A stretch of 57,297 bases of DNA, from assembly GCA_947594065.1 (NCBI GenBank), contig CANQDX010000005.1, forward strand, positions 1 through 57,297, in the 5' to 3' direction. The DNA comes from an uncultured Clostridia bacterium (lineage in GTDB: Bacteria > Bacillota > Clostridia > TANB77 > CAG-508). The notes below the pieces were generated by a model. The model worked only from the letters and a program-made list of their open reading frames with translations, did not search any database and had not been told where the DNA came from. The translations under genes were made by a program, and so were the position numbers. This document shows, piece after piece, positions 54,146-57,297 of this stretch. Position 1 is the first letter of the stretch, and every line of letters begins with the position of its first letter.

Positions 54146-54475
54146 CTAACTTAATAAACCTTGTATTGCAGATAAAAGTAAATCTAAAACAAGAATAAAA
54201 GCATAAGAAAACAAAGAACCACGAATAATATTTTTTCCTGTTCTAATTTTTTCTTCATCACCAAAACTAAATTTCTTCATAAAGATTCCCGTTCCAACAG
54301 CAACTGCGGCAGCTGGTGTAGCTAGTTTTAAAAGCCATTTCTCTATATCTTGAAAAGCATTTGTAATTGTTGTTACAAGTTTTGGATACCCTCCATAAGA
54401 TGTTGTAGAAAGTGAAAAGATAAAAATAAATGTTAAAATAATAAAATAAAATATAAAAAATTTTTTTTGTTTCAT
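54146..54475 (-). CDS. VirB2/TrbC-like conjugative-type pilin
   Basis: 109 aa: signal peptide, then two hydrophobic helices separated by a short charged loop (GDEEKIRTGK); between VirD4-like and VirB6-like genes. Confidence 0.75.
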   Translation of the reverse strand: MKQKKFFIFYFIILTFIFIFSLSTTSYGGYPKLVTTITNAFQDIEKWLLKLATPAAAVAVGTGIFMKKFSFGDEEKIRTGKNIIRGSLFSYAFILVLDLLLSAIQGLLS

Positions 54476-54485
54476 AAAAACCTCC

Positions 54486-56192
54486 TTAAGTGTTATTTTT
54501 AAAATATGGTATCATTTGTATTTTTTGTGGGGGAAGGATTGTATTTCCAGTAGAAAGAAAAGCCAAACAGCTGAATGTTTCTAAATTTTGAGTAAAAAAG
54601 TTAGTATCGAAAATATAATCAAATTGAGAATAACTATTAATACTTTCTGAAAGATTAGAATCTAAGGAATTAAACTTTTTAGTAAATATATTAAAAGTCG
54701 TTGTTTTCGCGTTTTCCGATATTGTTTTAGAATACTTAGTTTTTTCTTCTTTGCCCAATTGTTTTTGAGCATCTTCAATCGTAAAAATATCATCAGTTCT
54801 AAACCATAATTTATTAATTAAATTTTGAATAATAGCCTTTGTTGTATTTTGATTATCTAAGCTATTTAATAAAGAAGTATAGCTTTGCGTAGCAATAATA
54901 TTAATACATTTGGCTTCTCTGCTTTGCGCAAAGAAATCACAATCTGTAGAAGTAACATATTCGTGGAACTCGTCACTAATAAAAGCAACGCTTCTTAAAA
55001 ATTGGTTCTGATTGTTAGAAAGTCTACTCATTACTTCTGTTTGAAAATCTAATTTTAAATAAGCTGCAATAATTTTAGATAAATTTTTGAATTCTGCTAA
55101 ATTCATATTTAAAACTAAAATTTTTCCTTGAGAAATTAAGTTTTTAAACCCATAAAAATTAATTTCTTCTTTTGTAGGGCAAAATACCTTTTGAATTTGA
55201 TAGTCAGACACAAAACAACCTGTAATCCTTGTTATTTCAGACTTTAAAATAGCCATTGTTCTTGAATCTAATTTTAAAAACTCTTTTTCAAAAAATTCTA
55301 TTGAGCTTAATAAATTAAAACAATCCTCCTTTGATAGTTTTCCTGCCAAGAATAATTCTCTTAAATAAGCAATTTTAGAAGCATAATAATCTGGAACAGT
55401 AATTAATTTATGCAATTCTGTAAAAGTAACGTATCCATTGTTGTAAAGTCTACAAAGTTTAATACATTCTGTTAAAATCTGTTCAGCTTTATCTAACCAA
55501 TATTGTTCTCCGTTGTTAGAAGAAAAAAGTGTTAGAATAGTTTTTAATCTATTTGCTAGAATATGAGCCTTTAAATGTGGCTTGTCCAAAGGATTATAAC
55601 GAATAGAGCCGTCTAAAGATAAAACCATTAAATCTTGTTTTCTATGATAAATATTGCAGTATTTTTCTACTTGCTTATAATAATTTCCTTTCACATCCAA
55701 AATTAATAAACCTAATTTTTCTTTTTTATTCTCTGCCTTATATTCAATAAGTTGCCTCGTAAAAGGATACATAGCAGAGCTTGTTTTTCCAGAGCCAATT
55801 GTCCCAGTTATTAAAATGTTTTGATAAAGCCCATTTTCGTTTATATACAAAAGATTACCAGATTGATTTTTACCAACACACAGTTTTAAGTCTGTTGTAT
55901 TATATTCTTGAGTAATATCTATATTTTCATTTTCTTTTTTACAAAATAAAATGGAGTAAATAAAAGAAGAAAAAATAAAAACACAAAAACAATAAGAAAG
56001 AACATAAGTAATTTTTATAAAATTCCACAAATCAGGGTATTTAGTGCAAATATTAAATGGATGTATAGCAAAATCAATAAAAATGGAATTTGAAAGAAAA
56101 ATATTTTGAAAAATAATAAACATAATAGCAAGAAAAAAGAACATAGAAAAACACGTAAATAAGATTCGTCTCTTTATAGTAGAAACAAACAA
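54486..56192 (-). CDS. VirD4/TraD-like type IV coupling ATPase
   Basis: Two N-terminal TM helices, NILITGTIGSGKT (Walker A), ILDVKG, YNPL, FISDEFH (Walker B) and SRE...IIATQS motifs. Confidence 0.88.
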   Translation of the reverse strand: MFVSTIKRRILFTCFSMFFFLAIMFIIFQNIFLSNSIFIDFAIHPFNICTKYPDLWNFIKITYVLSYCFCVFIFSSFIYSILFCKKENENIDITQEYNTTDLKLCVGKNQSGNLLYINENGLYQNILITGTIGSGKTSSAMYPFTRQLIEYKAENKKEKLGLLILDVKGNYYKQVEKYCNIYHRKQDLMVLSLDGSIRYNPLDKPHLKAHILANRLKTILTLFSSNNGEQYWLDKAEQILTECIKLCRLYNNGYVTFTELHKLITVPDYYASKIAYLRELFLAGKLSKEDCFNLLSSIEFFEKEFLKLDSRTMAILKSEITRITGCFVSDYQIQKVFCPTKEEINFYGFKNLISQGKILVLNMNLAEFKNLSKIIAAYLKLDFQTEVMSRLSNNQNQFLRSVAFISDEFHEYVTSTDCDFFAQSREAKCINIIATQSYTSLLNSLDNQNTTKAIIQNLINKLWFRTDDIFTIEDAQKQLGKEEKTKYSKTISENAKTTTFNIFTKKFNSLDSNLSESINSYSQFDYIFDTNFFTQNLETFSCLAFLSTGNTILPPQKIQMIPYFKNNT

Positions 56193-56204
56193 AAAATCAC
56201 CTCC

Positions 56205-56354
56205 TTATAGAGAGCTTCTTTTAATATTTAATTTTGAACCTTGAATTCTTTGGAAGAAAACAGAATCAATTAAAATATAAATTGAATAAAAAGTAATAGA
56301 AAGATAAATAATATAAGAAATGAAAAAAAGATGAATTAAATTTGTAATAAACAT
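56205..56354 (-). CDS. Small hydrophobic protein (49 aa), first gene of the virD4-like operon
   Basis: Own translation: MFITNLIHLFFISYIIYLSITFYSIYILIDSVFFQRIQGSKLNIKRSSL. AAAGGCGGTG RBS; its stop overlaps the TAAGGAGG RBS of the virD4-like gene. Confidence 0.65.
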   Translation of the reverse strand: MFITNLIHLFFISYIIYLSITFYSIYILIDSVFFQRIQGSKLNIKRSSL

Positions 56355-56497
56355 CACCGCCTTTACATTTTTTAACATAATACAACAAAATTAAAATCTT
56401 GTCTATACTTTTTTTAAAAAATGTGATAAAATAATTCAAATTTTAAAAGTAAGAAAGGTGTAAAACAAAGAAATTTCTTGCTAGAAAGGAATAAAAA

Positions 56498-56683
56498 ATG
56501 AAAATAGAAAAAAATATGACAATTGGAGAATTATTAAAAAATGCTCCAGAAAAAGCAGATATTTTATTAGAAGCAGGAATGCATTGCTTAGGATGTCCAG
56601 CTTCTCAAGCAGAAACATTAGCAGAAGCTTGTGAAGTACACGGAATAGATGTAGAAGAGTTAATTGAAAAATTAAATGCATAA
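56498..56683 (+). CDS. DUF1858 domain protein
   Basis: GMHCLGCPASQAETLAEACEVHGID motif. Confidence 0.92.
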   Translation: MKIEKNMTIGELLKNAPEKADILLEAGMHCLGCPASQAETLAEACEVHGIDVEELIEKLNA

Positions 56684-56715
56684 AAAACAATTTTCATAAA
56701 AATTTAATAAATATA

Positions 56716-56744
56716 TTGACATAGGGCAAAAAATGTTGTATTAT
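56716..56744 (+). promoter_or_regulatory. SigA promoter of the tRNA operon
   Basis: TTGACA-17-TATTAT. Confidence 0.85.
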
Positions 56745-56797
56745 ATATAGGCAGTCATTTTTTTGGACTGCCTATATTTATAAAGTATTGGTGATAT

Positions 56798-56873
56798 GGG
56801 CCATTAGCTCAGGTGGTAGAGCACTTGACTTTTAATCAAGTTGTCCGCAGTTCGAGTCTGCGATGGCTCACCA
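56798..56873 (+). tRNA. tRNA-Lys(TTT)
   Basis: Anticodon arm CTTGA-CT-TTT-AA-TCAAG; CCA end. Confidence 0.97.
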
Positions 56874-56877
56874 ATAA

Positions 56878-56952
56878 GGCCCCTTGGTCAAGCGGTTAAG
56901 ACATCGCCCTTTCACGGCGGAGACATGGGTTCGATTCCCGTAGGGGTCACCA
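56878..56952 (+). tRNA. tRNA-Glu(TTC)
   Basis: Anticodon arm TCGCC-CT-TTC-AC-GGCGG; CCA end. Confidence 0.97.
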
Positions 56953-56958
56953 AAAAAT

Positions 56959-57256
56959 GCCACTTTAGCTCAGCTGGTAGAGCAACTGACTTGTGGGATA
57001 GATGAAAATCTAGAACTATCTTGCACCTTTATATGGAAACATATAAAGTGGACACCGCTAATTCGGGGAAGACTAAGTGAAAATAAGTTAATCCCGAGCT
57101 AGAAGAAATTCAAGTGTAGAGACTTTATACGGTGTACCTAAAGCATTTTCGCTATGGTAAAGAGAAAGTCCAGACCGCAAACATAGAAATATGGCAATGA
57201 AAATTGTAGTGGTATGAATCAGTAGGTCGTCCGTTCGATTCGGACAAGTGGCTCCA
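56959..57256 (+). tRNA. tRNA-Thr(TGT), intron-split (exons 56959-56994 and 57217-57256)
   Basis: Joined exons give a 76-nt cloverleaf: GCCACTT/AAGTGGC acceptor stem, ACTGA-CT-TGT|AA-TCAGT anticodon arm, TCCA end. Confidence 0.95.
56995..57216 (+). ncRNA. Group I self-splicing intron (IC3-like), 222 nt, no ORF
   Basis: Exon ends in U and intron ends in G. P1 has a U-G pair at the splice site. P2 GAAA hairpin, P3 ACACCG/CGGTGT, P4 TTCGGG/CCCGAG, P7 GACTTT/AAAGTC. Confidence 0.93.
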
Positions 57257-57260
57257 AAAG

Positions 57261-57297
57261 ATCAAGAGTTTTGAGAAATCTTAATTCTTGATTTTTT
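57261..57297 (+). terminator. Terminator of the tRNA operon
   Basis: ATCAAGAGTT...AATTCTTGAT followed by a T run. Confidence 0.7.

Noticed and set aside
44145..56192. Intact ICE or integrated conjugative plasmid
   Set aside because: No integrase, relaxase or flanking repeats in the window, and essential gyrA, dnaC-like and dnaD-like genes lie inside the span.

Overview
AT-rich chromosomal segment of a low-GC Clostridia-type firmicute; the taxon (TANB77/CAG-508-like) is my inference from gene content. It spans the replication origin: parB-parA-rsmG-mnmG-mnmE-jag-yidC-yidD-rnpA-rpmH <oriC> dnaA-dnaN-recF-gyrB...gyrA. It also carries cell-wall and sporulation-type genes, comEA and seven tRNA genes. 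The most notable observations are: (1) Two genes are interrupted at the same motif, NTT-CGG-A, where skipping one base restores the protein. CGG is otherwise nearly absent as an in-frame codon, which suggests programmed +1 frameshifting or CGGA quadruplet decoding. (2) A 222-nt group I intron interrupts tRNA-Thr(UGU) at position 36/37. (3) A T4SS-like gene set (VirD4, VirB2, VirB6, PrgI, VirB4, ParA-like), with no relaxase or integrase in the window, is split into two convergent operons among gyrB/gyrA/dnaC/dnaD. (4) A 347-bp MITE with a 98-bp target duplication lies between divergent tRNAs. (5) There is a two-module rod-hairpin repeat family, a candidate ncRNA after gyrB, and strong apparent CATG avoidance. 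All analysis was by eye; no searches were run.
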